Assembly: GCA_965227435.1 (NCBI GenBank)
Contig: CBDDGB010000002.1
Location: forward strand, 678,181 to 742,180
Reading direction: 5' to 3'
From: Halioglobus sp.
GTDB lineage: Bacteria > Pseudomonadota > Gammaproteobacteria > Pseudomonadales > Halieaceae
Length of the DNA: 64,000 nt
In this document: positions 28,601-37,045 of the stretch, in pieces
Layout: every line of letters begins with the position of its first letter
Numbering within the stretch: the stretch's first letter is position 1
The notes under the pieces: generated by a model
The model's input: only the letters and a program-made list of their open reading frames with translations
Told to the model about the DNA's origin: nothing
Database searches by the model: none
Translations under genes and position numbers: made by a program

Positions 28601-29434
28601 TTTATCACGGACTCCGAGGAAGGCCTGATCCTGACCAACATGGACACGCTCATGGATGGCGAGCCGCGCAACAACTTCATGGAGCGCCAGCTGACCTGGA
28701 ACGAGGGCGGCATTCTCGACGGCGCGCGGCACATCATCCTTGGCGGCTACTACGCCTACATCGTCGCCGATGCTGGCCTGGTCGTGCTGAACCTCGAGGA
28801 CCCGCTCAACCCGATCCACGAGGCAACGGTGCCGCTGAACGATGGTCACTCGGTCGCACAGCAGTTCCGTTACCTGTTCGTGACCGATGCCGATGGCCTC
28901 AAGGTGATCGACATCACCCACCCACCGAAGCCGCAGCTCGTGGAAGGCAGCATGATTCCACTCGCCGAGGCCGGCAGGTTGCACCTTGCACGCACGTACG
29001 CTTACGTGGCGGCGGGTTCAGAGGGAATGGCTATCGTGGATATCACCAGGCCTGAGAGCATGAAGCTCTACCAGATGTTCAGCGATGGCCTTGTAGACAG
29101 TCAGGATGTTACTGTAGCCACGACCAACGCATCGCTGTTCGCCTACGTGGCAGATGGCCGCGGTGGCCTGAAAGTAATACAGCTGACCTCGCCCGAAAGC
29201 CAGCCCAAGTTCTACGGCTTCAGCCCGGAACCCAAGCCAGTGCTGATTGCGAGCTACCCGACCAAATCGCCGGCGCTGTCGCTGTCGCGAGCCCTTGAGC
29301 GGGACCGCGGTGTTGACGAGACCGGTGGCCAGGTCGCGGTATTCGGACGTGTGGGCTCGCGCCCGCTGAACCTGGAAGAGATGCAACGCCTCTTCCTCGA
29401 TGATCAAGGCAAACCATGGTATGTAGAAAACTAG
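25694..29434 (+). CDS. Exported decaheme c-type cytochrome with C-terminal LVIVD-repeat domain
   Basis: Signal peptide (..GPASA); 10 CxxCH motifs; repeats such as YLFVTDADGLKVIDITHP and YAYVAAGSEGMAIVDITRP; alternative GTG start 25685. Confidence 0.88.
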   Translation: MRISTIKLRSLSTIGRLAAVALVAGLAWAGPASAASKLVAVERDYITAPDAPPSQKAAAVTAKSEGCESCHTATDQKTMHANPAVKLGCTDCHGGNAEVFRPEGSSTLDDAPYLAAMESAHVLPRYPDAWHYPSSANPKRTYTLLNKESPEFVRFINPSDYRIAREACGACHLPIIQAAERSLMATSAMLWGGAAYNNGILPFKRYILGEAYNREGVGTSLQNPIEPTEEMIQASILPQIFPLPAWETIHPGDIFRVFERGGRNISNLFPETGLPNALGLLQRIEEPGRPDFRQSNRGPGTGARIAVPVINITKTRLNDPHTWFMGTNDQPGDFRHSGCASCHVVYANDRDPRHSAGYSQFGHTGRTQTADPTISKEEKGHPLKHEFTRAIPTSQCMSCHMHQPNMFINTYLGYTMWDYESDAPRMWPEEQFYPTDEERHNTLERNPEGAAPRGKWKDIEFVEQVSEMNDQMQDTQFADYHGHGWNFRAIFKRDRVGNLLDAEGNIVSDDDPEKFDKAVHMSSIHVDVGMHCVDCHFAQDNHGNGHIYGEVAAAVEIDCKDCHGSADAYPNLYTSGPAALEGGTNLGAIRNPDGRRRFEWIGDKLIQRSVLNPDLEWEMSLVKDTVTPGHASYNKKAARSKLMSDDTEKQNWGLSVANEDRAHSDDDIECYTCHTSWTTSCGGCHLPIEANNKTERHHYEGGETRNYATYNPQVARDQIFMIGRRETAKGGKIAPVRSTSALVLSSTNSNREKIYVQQPPIASSGYSSQAMNPHFPHTARKTETRVCDDCHLSKEKDNNAIMAQTLMYGTDFIDLLGYHAYVGGEEHITPVQVTEWQEPQAVIGSYLQRYAYPDYFGEHQANGKVLKHAYPHGSGRAACIQLRGEYLFVAEGDRGMQVYDAASVGNKGISQRVITAPFSPLGHDTRIESKNATCVALSTTQPVAPERNEGDLMRVTNQEQPFQAHYTYAFITDSEEGLILTNMDTLMDGEPRNNFMERQLTWNEGGILDGARHIILGGYYAYIVADAGLVVLNLEDPLNPIHEATVPLNDGHSVAQQFRYLFVTDADGLKVIDITHPPKPQLVEGSMIPLAEAGRLHLARTYAYVAAGSEGMAIVDITRPESMKLYQMFSDGLVDSQDVTVATTNASLFAYVADGRGGLKVIQLTSPESQPKFYGFSPEPKPVLIASYPTKSPALSLSRALERDRGVDETGGQVAVFGRVGSRPLNLEEMQRLFLDDQGKPWYVEN

Positions 29435-30720
29435 TCGCCGCCTGTTTTGCGCTAGTCGGCGCCCTTGTTCTGGCCGGTGCCGCCCAGGCGGCGCCGTTGC
29501 CTGACTCAGGGGCGAACGTGCACGAGGGCGTTGCGAGCTGTTCAAACAGCGTCTGCCACGGCAAGAAAGCACCCAGCACCGACTCACCAGTGCTGCTCAA
29601 CGAGTACACCACCTGGATAGATGAAGACCAGCACTCGCAGGCTTACGCCACGCTCCGGTCCGACCAGTCGGTGCGCATCGCTAAAAACATGGGCCTGCCG
29701 AACGCACACACGGCCGATGTCTGCCTCGATTGTCACGCCGACAACGTACCGAAAGAGAAACGCGGACGGCGCTTCCAGATCACCGAGGGTGTCGGGTGCG
29801 AGGCCTGCCACGGCGGTTCGGGTAAGTGGCTGGAGTCACACGCTGAGGAAGGCACATCGCACGCGGACAACCTGGCCAAGGGTATGTACCCCACCGAGGA
29901 GCCCGTAGAACGCGCCCGCCTCTGCCTCTCGTGCCACCTCGGCACCGAGCGCAAGTTTGCGACCCATGAAATCATGGGCGCCGGCCACCCGCGACTGGCC
30001 TTTGAGCTGGAGCTGTACACCGTCTTCCAGCCACGCCACTACGAAACCGACGCGGATTACCGCGCACGCAAACCGTTCATCCCATCGGTCAACATGTGGC
30101 TGGCGGGCCTCCTGGTATCGAGCGAACAGACGCTCGAACTACTCCAGGAGGACTGGTTCACCAAGCGCAGCCTCGTACCGGAACTATCATTCTTCCAGTG
30201 CCATGCGTGCCACCATCCGCTGGATGACCTGCGCTGGCAGCCCGAGGGTGGCGCAGCCGCGCTGCCACCCGGATCAGTACGACTGAACGATGCCTCATTA
30301 CTGGTACTGCAATCGGTGCTCAGCATCCTCGGCAACGACGCCGCGGCGCAGATTCAGCGCGGCATCCACGAGTTGCACCAGTCGACGCTAACTGACCGCA
30401 ACGCGGTCGTTGCCGCGGCAGCGAAGCTGGAGAAAATACTGCCGCCGCTCGAGAAGGCCATCGTAGACAGGGACTACAATGCTGACGATATGAAGCGTTT
30501 GCGCGAGGGCATCATCAAGGCTGCCGCCAACCAGCGCTATCGCCACTTTACAGCGGCAGAGCAGGCTTACATGGCGGTCGAAAATCTCTGCATCGAGCTG
30601 AATGACGACAAGCGACTGCAGGCGAATCTCGACGAGTGGTTTGAGATCGTCGAAAAAGAGAATGAGTTCAACCCGCAAAAGTTCGCTGCCTCCGCCAACC
30701 GTTTCCTGGGTGCTCTGTGA
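29416..30720 (+). CDS. Exported multiheme cytochrome c (c554/c552-like)
   Basis: Signal peptide; CSNSVCH (CX4CH), CLDCH, GVGCEACHG, CLSCH, CHACH. Confidence 0.85.
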   Translation: MVCRKLVAACFALVGALVLAGAAQAAPLPDSGANVHEGVASCSNSVCHGKKAPSTDSPVLLNEYTTWIDEDQHSQAYATLRSDQSVRIAKNMGLPNAHTADVCLDCHADNVPKEKRGRRFQITEGVGCEACHGGSGKWLESHAEEGTSHADNLAKGMYPTEEPVERARLCLSCHLGTERKFATHEIMGAGHPRLAFELELYTVFQPRHYETDADYRARKPFIPSVNMWLAGLLVSSEQTLELLQEDWFTKRSLVPELSFFQCHACHHPLDDLRWQPEGGAAALPPGSVRLNDASLLVLQSVLSILGNDAAAQIQRGIHELHQSTLTDRNAVVAAAAKLEKILPPLEKAIVDRDYNADDMKRLREGIIKAAANQRYRHFTAAEQAYMAVENLCIELNDDKRLQANLDEWFEIVEKENEFNPQKFAASANRFLGAL

Positions 30721-31703
30721 CTGAAACCGGTGGTGTCGCAGGGTTAGAAACGAGCGGTCACACCGACGTTGGTAAGAGAAAGCATAACGAGGACGCTTTC
30801 CTTATTGACCGAGAACTGGGCCTTTATGTCGTCGCAGACGGCGTTGGCGGCCACCATTCCGGTGAAGTGGCGAGCGCGCTTACGATTGAGGTGATACAGC
30901 GCGAAGTCGCTGCGGGTAAAGACCTCGACACCGCCATTCAACTTGCCAACCAGGCAGTGATTGACGGCGTCGAGACCGGCAAAGGCAAAGCCGGCATGGC
31001 GACCACGGTGGTCGCCCTGAAGCTGACAGGTACTCGTTTCGAGGTCGCCTGGATTGGCGACAGCCGTGCCTATCTCTGGGACGGCAAGCTGACCCTGCTG
31101 ACGAGAGACCACTCGTATGTTGAGGCGCAGCTCGCGGCGGGCAAGATCACGCTGGAAGAAGCGCGTGTACACCCGAGGCGCCACGTGATACTGCAGGCGA
31201 TAGGCCTGCAAATGGAAGGCGAGCTGAACGTCGGCCACAACAGCGGCGAACTCGCTGAAGGCAACACCCTGCTGCTCTGCAGTGACGGCGTGACAGACCC
31301 GCTGGACAATGAACAGCTGTCGCACCTGTTGGGTCGCGACACGCCGCTGGAGCAAACCTGCAATGGGCTGGTGCAGACGGCCCTGCAGTGTGGCGGCAAG
31401 GACAACACCACCGCGGTCGCACTCGCCTACCAGCGAGACTCCGGGCGCGATAGCGCGCCGGGTACCGCAGACGATGCGGTCTGGGTCTACAATCCAGAGA
31501 CCGGCGAGTACGAAGGGTTGCCGGATACGACGCCCGAGATCAACCTGGAGGAAACCCAGGTCATGCGTGCGCGTCCCGCCTCGGCTGCGCCCGAAGCGCA
31601 ACAGGCGAGTGGGCACGAGGGCGGCAATGGCTGGCAATACATCTGGGGTGTCGCGATTGTCGGCACCGCAATGGGACTGGCCCTGGTCTACGCCTTGAGT
31701 TAG
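30717..31703 (+). CDS. PP2C-family Ser/Thr phosphatase with C-terminal TM anchor
   Basis: HNEDA, VADGVGGH, IGDSRAY, LLCSDG, GGKDNTT; GTGA overlap with the cytochrome gene. Confidence 0.92.
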   Translation: MTETGGVAGLETSGHTDVGKRKHNEDAFLIDRELGLYVVADGVGGHHSGEVASALTIEVIQREVAAGKDLDTAIQLANQAVIDGVETGKGKAGMATTVVALKLTGTRFEVAWIGDSRAYLWDGKLTLLTRDHSYVEAQLAAGKITLEEARVHPRRHVILQAIGLQMEGELNVGHNSGELAEGNTLLLCSDGVTDPLDNEQLSHLLGRDTPLEQTCNGLVQTALQCGGKDNTTAVALAYQRDSGRDSAPGTADDAVWVYNPETGEYEGLPDTTPEINLEETQVMRARPASAAPEAQQASGHEGGNGWQYIWGVAIVGTAMGLALVYALS

Positions 31704-31727
31704 GGCAGCCAGGCAAGGAGAACCATC

Positions 31728-31826
31728 ATGGCAGAAGAGCATCAACCGATCGGCTGGCAGTACATCTGGGGAGTCGCAATCGTGGGCACCGCCCTCGGAA
31801 TAGCGCTCGTTTACGTACTCCTGTAA
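31728..31826 (+). CDS. 32-aa membrane microprotein paralogous to the PP2C C-terminal helix
   Basis: AAGGAG RBS 31715-31720; MAEEHQPIGWQYIWGVAIVGTALGIALVYVLL*; not in the ORF track. Confidence 0.8.
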   Translation: MAEEHQPIGWQYIWGVAIVGTALGIALVYVLL

Positions 31827-31858
31827 ACGCAGTCGACGGAGAATCTGGGAGAAAGAAC

Positions 31859-32941
31859 ATGGCAGATCAAGGCGTCACCGCCCGTCTGGTCGCGAGCGAC
31901 GGCACGGCCTATGAATTGTCCGGTGAACAGACACTGGGCAGGTCCAAGGACGCAGACATTACTATCAGCGATCCGAAAATCTCGCGCCAACACGCTCGTT
32001 TCACACTCAGCGGCGAAAGCCTCACTGTAGAAGACCTCGGCTCGGCTAATGGCACCCGAATAAACCAGCGCAAGATCGACGGCGCTGCCGCACTTGCCAA
32101 CGGCGATACCGTCAGCTTCGACACCGTGGATCTCAGGGTTGAAGTCATCGGCGCCGATGCGGGTGGTGACGATTCCGACGAAGCCACTATCATCGGTAGT
32201 CTCGATGAAGAGGCCACCATGGTCGGCATGGCCGCGGCAGAACCTGCACCGGATCCGGAACCGGAGCCAGCGCCAGAACCGGAGCCCGCGCCAGAACCGG
32301 AGCCCGCGGCAGCACCGGAGGGCAAGGTAAGCGCTTCCGCGAAATCAGAATCCAAGGAAGCCGATGTGCCGGACTCCTGGACGGACGAGTCTGCGGGCGG
32401 CTCGGAAACCCAGTTCATCACACCCGAGATGGCCAAGCAGATCGCCGAGATGGCAGAGGACGTCAAGGTCGAAGCCGCGTCAGACCTGCCCCACCTGATT
32501 GTGCTCAACGACAACGGCACGCAACAGGTCGTTGAGCTTGAGACCGGCGCCGAAGGCGCTGACGTCTGGGAAATCGGCCGCGATGATTCCTGCCAGATCG
32601 TACTGCCGCAAGTCGGTGTCTCGGGGCGCCACGCGCAACTGGTTCACGAGGACGGACGCTGGCGGATCGTCAATCTCGTCTCAACGAACAGCATCTTCGT
32701 GAATGGCGAGAAGCGCCCCAAGGCCTTCCTCGGCAACGACGACAAGATCGGCCTCGGCGAAGCCAAGCTGGTATTCAAAGTGGGTAAAGGTGGCGCTGCA
32801 GCACCGCGTCCGGCCGACGCGAAGGCAACCTCAGGCGGCGGCGATTCAGCAGGTGGCGGCGGCATGTCTGCCGGCAAGATCGGTGGTATCGTCGGCGCGG
32901 TCGTGGTTCTCGCCGCGGTCGCTTACTTTCTGCTGGGCTGA
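31859..32941 (+). CDS. Double-FHA protein with PEPEPA linker and C-terminal TM anchor
   Basis: FHA1 LGRS..ISRQH..SANGT; FHA2 IGRD..VSGRH..STNS; C-terminal hydrophobic helix. Confidence 0.9.
   Translation: MADQGVTARLVASDGTAYELSGEQTLGRSKDADITISDPKISRQHARFTLSGESLTVEDLGSANGTRINQRKIDGAAALANGDTVSFDTVDLRVEVIGADAGGDDSDEATIIGSLDEEATMVGMAAAEPAPDPEPEPAPEPEPAPEPEPAAAPEGKVSASAKSESKEADVPDSWTDESAGGSETQFITPEMAKQIAEMAEDVKVEAASDLPHLIVLNDNGTQQVVELETGAEGADVWEIGRDDSCQIVLPQVGVSGRHAQLVHEDGRWRIVNLVSTNSIFVNGEKRPKAFLGNDDKIGLGEAKLVFKVGKGGAAAPRPADAKATSGGGDSAGGGGMSAGKIGGIVGAVVVLAAVAYFLLG
32242..32321 (+). repeat. Coding 18-bp repeats (PEPEPA linker)
   Basis: CCAGAACCGGAGCCCGCG-like units encoding EPAPDPEPEPAPEPEPAPEPEPAAAPE; boundaries approximate. 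Confidence 0.75.
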
Positions 32942-33834
32942 GGCCCTCCCGCCTCCGCCAGCGACGACAGCGTCGCTGGCCAACTCTCCAACCAACAACA
33001 GCGATGGTCGTAAACCGGCAGGGTCACGACCTCGCTGCGTGGTGGCTTGAGGCCGGTACGCTTCTGGAAAGACTCGGCGATCGACGCAGGCACCTCGCTG
33101 TCACGCTCACCCACGAGGTGTAACTGAACAAGCTCGTCGCGCCAGTTCGCAAGCGCCGCAGGGTTTGAGTTGGCGGCAAGCTCAGTGTAGCCGTGATGAC
33201 TCGTCCAGGCGGCCGTGTCCAACGGTGCTGCGATGGTAACAACACGCGCCACCCGCGCAACCTCGCGCGCCGCCAGCAACGCGATCACCCCTCCCCCGCT
33301 GTAGCCAACCAGTGTGACATGAGCCTCGGGATATCGCTCGACCACCTGTTGAAGCGCCGCGACAACCGCTGCAACCACTCTGGGGCTGTAGCGGGCGACG
33401 GTCCATAGCGTAGGGTCACAGGGCGAGTTCGACGCCTGGCCGTAGTAGCAGGGCCGGGCGAGGAACAAACTGGGTGCCGGGTCAGCGATCGCAAGCTGTA
33501 GTCCCAGGTGCTCACGACTCGTGGGATCGCGCGCGACACGCTGGCGAGAGAGAAATGCGCGCCCATCGCCGCCGAGGTAGATGTGTAGCTCCGCCGTACC
33601 TGGAGCGATCGATTCACTGAACAGCGGCAGTTGAAAGTCGCGCGCCCCGAGCGTTTCCCGAGCCCAGCCAGCATGCTCGAGTAGGTGTCTTTCAGCGGGG
33701 GCAGGCAGAACCGAACAGCCCTGCACGGCGAGGAACATGCCGACGATGGCCAGCGCACGAAAAAAGGGCACATTCGCTACATCGGCGCACCGCTTAAGCC
33801 ACTGTTTTTCTGAGAATTTATTGGTAGTTTTCAA
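32923..33834 (-). CDS. Putative lipoprotein alpha/beta hydrolase
   Basis: Lipobox VQGC, HIYLGGDG, GYSGGG, YDHRCCW; start uncertain. Confidence 0.75.
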   Translation of the reverse strand: MKTTNKFSEKQWLKRCADVANVPFFRALAIVGMFLAVQGCSVLPAPAERHLLEHAGWARETLGARDFQLPLFSESIAPGTAELHIYLGGDGRAFLSRQRVARDPTSREHLGLQLAIADPAPSLFLARPCYYGQASNSPCDPTLWTVARYSPRVVAAVVAALQQVVERYPEAHVTLVGYSGGGVIALLAAREVARVARVVTIAAPLDTAAWTSHHGYTELAANSNPAALANWRDELVQLHLVGERDSEVPASIAESFQKRTGLKPPRSEVVTLPVYDHRCCWLESWPATLSSLAEAGGPQPSRK

Positions 33835-33914
33835 GGTCCGACCCGGCCGAATTTTTAATGACGATCTGCGGCTCTTGGCCTAGTATATAACTGCTCGCCG
33901 ACAACACTAATTAC

Positions 33915-35408
33915 ATGAACGGAGTCGCTATGAAGTTGCCAATTGCAGGAGTTGTTACCACGGTTGCCCTCGCCTACGCAGGCCCACTGTCCGCGCAGGT
34001 AGACGATGACCTGAACGACCTGGGCCGCGCTGTACAGGCTGCAGCGAACGACACGCCCAACCAGGTCTCGGCGGGGAACTCGATCCAGAACACCTGCGCC
34101 GACCTTGCGAGTGAACGACCCAACGGCATTCCCATGAATGACGACCCGGAAGACAACCTCGCCCTGCGCTGTACGCAGATGGTCGTGACAGCCATCGACC
34201 TGAATACGCCAGGGCCGGGTCGCGGGGGCTTTAACATCGGCCTCAACAACGAGCAGCTGGCGGAAGCCATGCAGCAGCTGTCCGGTGAGGAACAAGTATC
34301 CAAGGGTCGACTGGCGACTGAGAGTTCCAATGGCCAGTTTGCCAACATCGGCATGCGCCTCGACGCAATCCGTGCCGGCGCTCGCGCAACCGCGGGCGGG
34401 CTGAGCGTTGCCATGAACGGCGTGCCGGTGTCGGGTGGCAACGCCGGTGACGAGGGCACGGGCTGGGGCTGGTTCCTGAACGGCGCGGTCGGGAACGGTG
34501 ATCGCGACGCCACCCAGGGCGAAGACGAGTACGAGTACGATTCCTTTGGCGCCACCCTGGGCTTCGACTACATGTACGACTCTGGCTTTGTGGCAGGTAT
34601 CGCTATTGGCTACAGTGACTATGAAGTCGACTTCGAAACCACCCAGTCCTTTGTGGCAGGCACGGATCTCACCAGCACGCAGTCAGGCGGCGGCTTCGAT
34701 ATCGACGGCTACGCCATCAGCCTCTATGGCATTGGCGATATCGGCCCGATATCGGTGGACGGCCTGATCAGCTATGGCCAGAGCGACTACGGCACCGAGC
34801 GCATCATCGATTACCGCAGCGCCCCTGGCGCGCAGGACACCATCATCGTAAATCGTTCGATGACGGGCAGCACAGACAGCGAATCACTCACCATCGGCCT
34901 CAACGCGAGCAAGGTGTTTGATCTCGGCGGAGTAGACCTCGCGCTCAGCGGTGGCTTCAGCTACCTCGACCTGACCGTCGACGGCTATACAGAGAAAGAC
35001 AGGGCGATCGGCATGGACACTGCCGCTGTCAGCGGCCTGGCCCTGCAGTACGACGACCAGGATGTTGACTCACTGCAGTCCGCCATCGGCGCGCAAGTGT
35101 CCAAAGTGTTCAGCACGGGCGCGGGCGTTGTACTGCCCTATGCAAAGGTCGAGTGGCGGCACGAGTTTGAGAACGACGCTGACGCACTGAAAACGCGCTA
35201 TGCGGCCTACGATACCGACACTCCGGCCGACAACAGCGACCTCATCGTGATCTCAGATGACCCTGACGAGGACTACTTCGAGGTAGGTATCGGCGTCTCC
35301 GCCGTATTTGCGCAAAACATCCAGGCGTTCATCGACTACACCACCACGGTTGACCTCGAGGACGTGGATGCCAACCTTTTGACTATCGGCATCAGGGGTT
35401 CGTTTTAA
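33915..35408 (+). CDS. Autotransporter beta-barrel protein with short passenger
   Basis: Signal peptide; WGWFLNG, GATLGFDY, LPYAKVEWRHEF, C-terminal IGIRGSF. Confidence 0.85.
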   Translation: MNGVAMKLPIAGVVTTVALAYAGPLSAQVDDDLNDLGRAVQAAANDTPNQVSAGNSIQNTCADLASERPNGIPMNDDPEDNLALRCTQMVVTAIDLNTPGPGRGGFNIGLNNEQLAEAMQQLSGEEQVSKGRLATESSNGQFANIGMRLDAIRAGARATAGGLSVAMNGVPVSGGNAGDEGTGWGWFLNGAVGNGDRDATQGEDEYEYDSFGATLGFDYMYDSGFVAGIAIGYSDYEVDFETTQSFVAGTDLTSTQSGGGFDIDGYAISLYGIGDIGPISVDGLISYGQSDYGTERIIDYRSAPGAQDTIIVNRSMTGSTDSESLTIGLNASKVFDLGGVDLALSGGFSYLDLTVDGYTEKDRAIGMDTAAVSGLALQYDDQDVDSLQSAIGAQVSKVFSTGAGVVLPYAKVEWRHEFENDADALKTRYAAYDTDTPADNSDLIVISDDPDEDYFEVGIGVSAVFAQNIQAFIDYTTTVDLEDVDANLLTIGIRGSF

Positions 35409-35426
35409 ACCGCCACCGGGCACAGT

Positions 35427-37004
35427 ATGAGTAGTGACCGTCCGCCCGGGAGTTCACCCCCGGGCGATTCTTCCAACAAGCAGGTCAATCCCGCAGACCT
35501 GGAACAGGAAACCGAGGTCCGCGACACGGCGGATGACCCCACCGCGCTGTCTGAAGACGAGACAGCGGCCAGCGCCCAATCCTCCTCTCCCGGCGGCGGA
35601 GACCCCGCGCCGGGTGACCTCGTGTCCGGGCGCTACCGACTCGAGAAAAAACTCGGCGAGGGCGGCATGGGTACCGTCTTCCTCGCACTCGATGAGGTAT
35701 ACGCAGGGGAGTTCGAAGACAAGAACGCCCATGTCGCGCTCAAGTTCTTAAACACCAAGTTCTCCCAGCACAAGATTTCGCGCATCGCGCTGCAACGTGA
35801 AACGCGCAAGTCGCAGCAGCTCGCCCACCCCAACGTGGTGCGTGTCATGCACTTCGACGTGTACGAAGACACGCCCTACATGATCATGGAGTTCATGCGC
35901 GGCCAGCCCATGGACGAGTACCTGGCTGAACGTCGCGGACAGGCAATGACCCTCGAGGAGGCCATGCCGCTGATCAAGGGCATGGCGAACGGGCTCAAGT
36001 ACATTCACGAAGAGGGCCTGGTGCATTCAGATTTCAAGCCGGGCAACGTGTTTGTCACCGAGTCGGGCGTGCCGAAGATCCTCGACCTCGGAATCGCGCG
36101 CATCAGTGAGTCGGTACAGGACGAGGATCACCAGACCAAGTTCGACGTGTCCGCCCTCGGCGCACTGACGCCGACGTACGCCAGCTGCGACATGTTTGAC
36201 GGCATGCCGCCCGACCCCAAGGACGACATCTACGCCCTCGCCCTGGTGATCTACGAGCTGCTGGCCGGGCATCATCCGTTCGAACGCACACCGGCCAACC
36301 GTGCCCGCGGTAACGGCATGCAGCCACCGCGTATCAAGTCGCTTAACCGCACCCGCTGGCGTGCGCTGGAGCAGGGCCTCGCCTTTGAGCGCGACAAGCG
36401 CATCGACAGCGCAGAGGCACTCTACAGCGCCCTGAAAGGCGACAAGCAGCGCCGCAAAATGGTGACGCGCGGTCTCGCCGGCGCCACGTTGCTGGCTATC
36501 CTGACGGCAGTAGCCATCGGCATCTTTGGCGTCAAACCAACAGACCCTGATGAGGCCTACAAAATCGAATTGATGGGCATCTCGCTGGATGCACCGCCGC
36601 CCGAGCCAGATGATATGGCGCGCATTGCACGCTGGCTGGACCAGGGCCAGGCTTATGTGAACATCGCGCGCGATATCTTCGACCAGGGTGACCTCGTCAC
36701 GGCGCACCACGTCCTGCAGGTCGGGGGCGACAATGCGCTTGAGGCCTTTATGTCGATCCTGAAACGCACCTCCCATGACGAAGCCGCGGCAGGCATGCTG
36801 GATATCGTAAACCTGTACGCGAGCTGGTCAGGGGCTAAACTGGAAGAAGGCGATGCTGCGGCCGCGCTGTGGACGGCTTGCCAGGGCCTTGCCCTGCACG
36901 GTGGCCACGAAGAGCTGAACAGCCTGTATGCGCGCGCCGCCAAGACACTGGGCCAGTCACAGCCGGACTGTGAGACCGTGATGCTCACAGAACCGGCAAC
37001 GTAG
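35427..37004 (+). CDS. Membrane-spanning Ser/Thr protein kinase (Hanks type, non-RD)
   Basis: LGEGGMG, VALK, HSDFKPGN, DLG, DIYALA; TM helix then C-terminal extracytoplasmic region. Confidence 0.92.
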   Translation: MSSDRPPGSSPPGDSSNKQVNPADLEQETEVRDTADDPTALSEDETAASAQSSSPGGGDPAPGDLVSGRYRLEKKLGEGGMGTVFLALDEVYAGEFEDKNAHVALKFLNTKFSQHKISRIALQRETRKSQQLAHPNVVRVMHFDVYEDTPYMIMEFMRGQPMDEYLAERRGQAMTLEEAMPLIKGMANGLKYIHEEGLVHSDFKPGNVFVTESGVPKILDLGIARISESVQDEDHQTKFDVSALGALTPTYASCDMFDGMPPDPKDDIYALALVIYELLAGHHPFERTPANRARGNGMQPPRIKSLNRTRWRALEQGLAFERDKRIDSAEALYSALKGDKQRRKMVTRGLAGATLLAILTAVAIGIFGVKPTDPDEAYKIELMGISLDAPPPEPDDMARIARWLDQGQAYVNIARDIFDQGDLVTAHHVLQVGGDNALEAFMSILKRTSHDEAAAGMLDIVNLYASWSGAKLEEGDAAAALWTACQGLALHGGHEELNSLYARAAKTLGQSQPDCETVMLTEPAT

Positions 37005-37045
37005 CTCGTGCTGCATTAAAGGGCCCAACCTAAGAGGACTTGACC

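Noticed and set aside
19864-29434. Naming the decahemes and barrel mtrA/mtrB/mtrC
   Set aside because: The heme count matches, but heme spacing, extra domains and gene order do not resemble Mtr/Mto.
30717-37004. Type VI secretion locus
   Set aside because: Only kinase, phosphatase and FHA genes are present; no tss, hcp, vgrG or clpV in the window.
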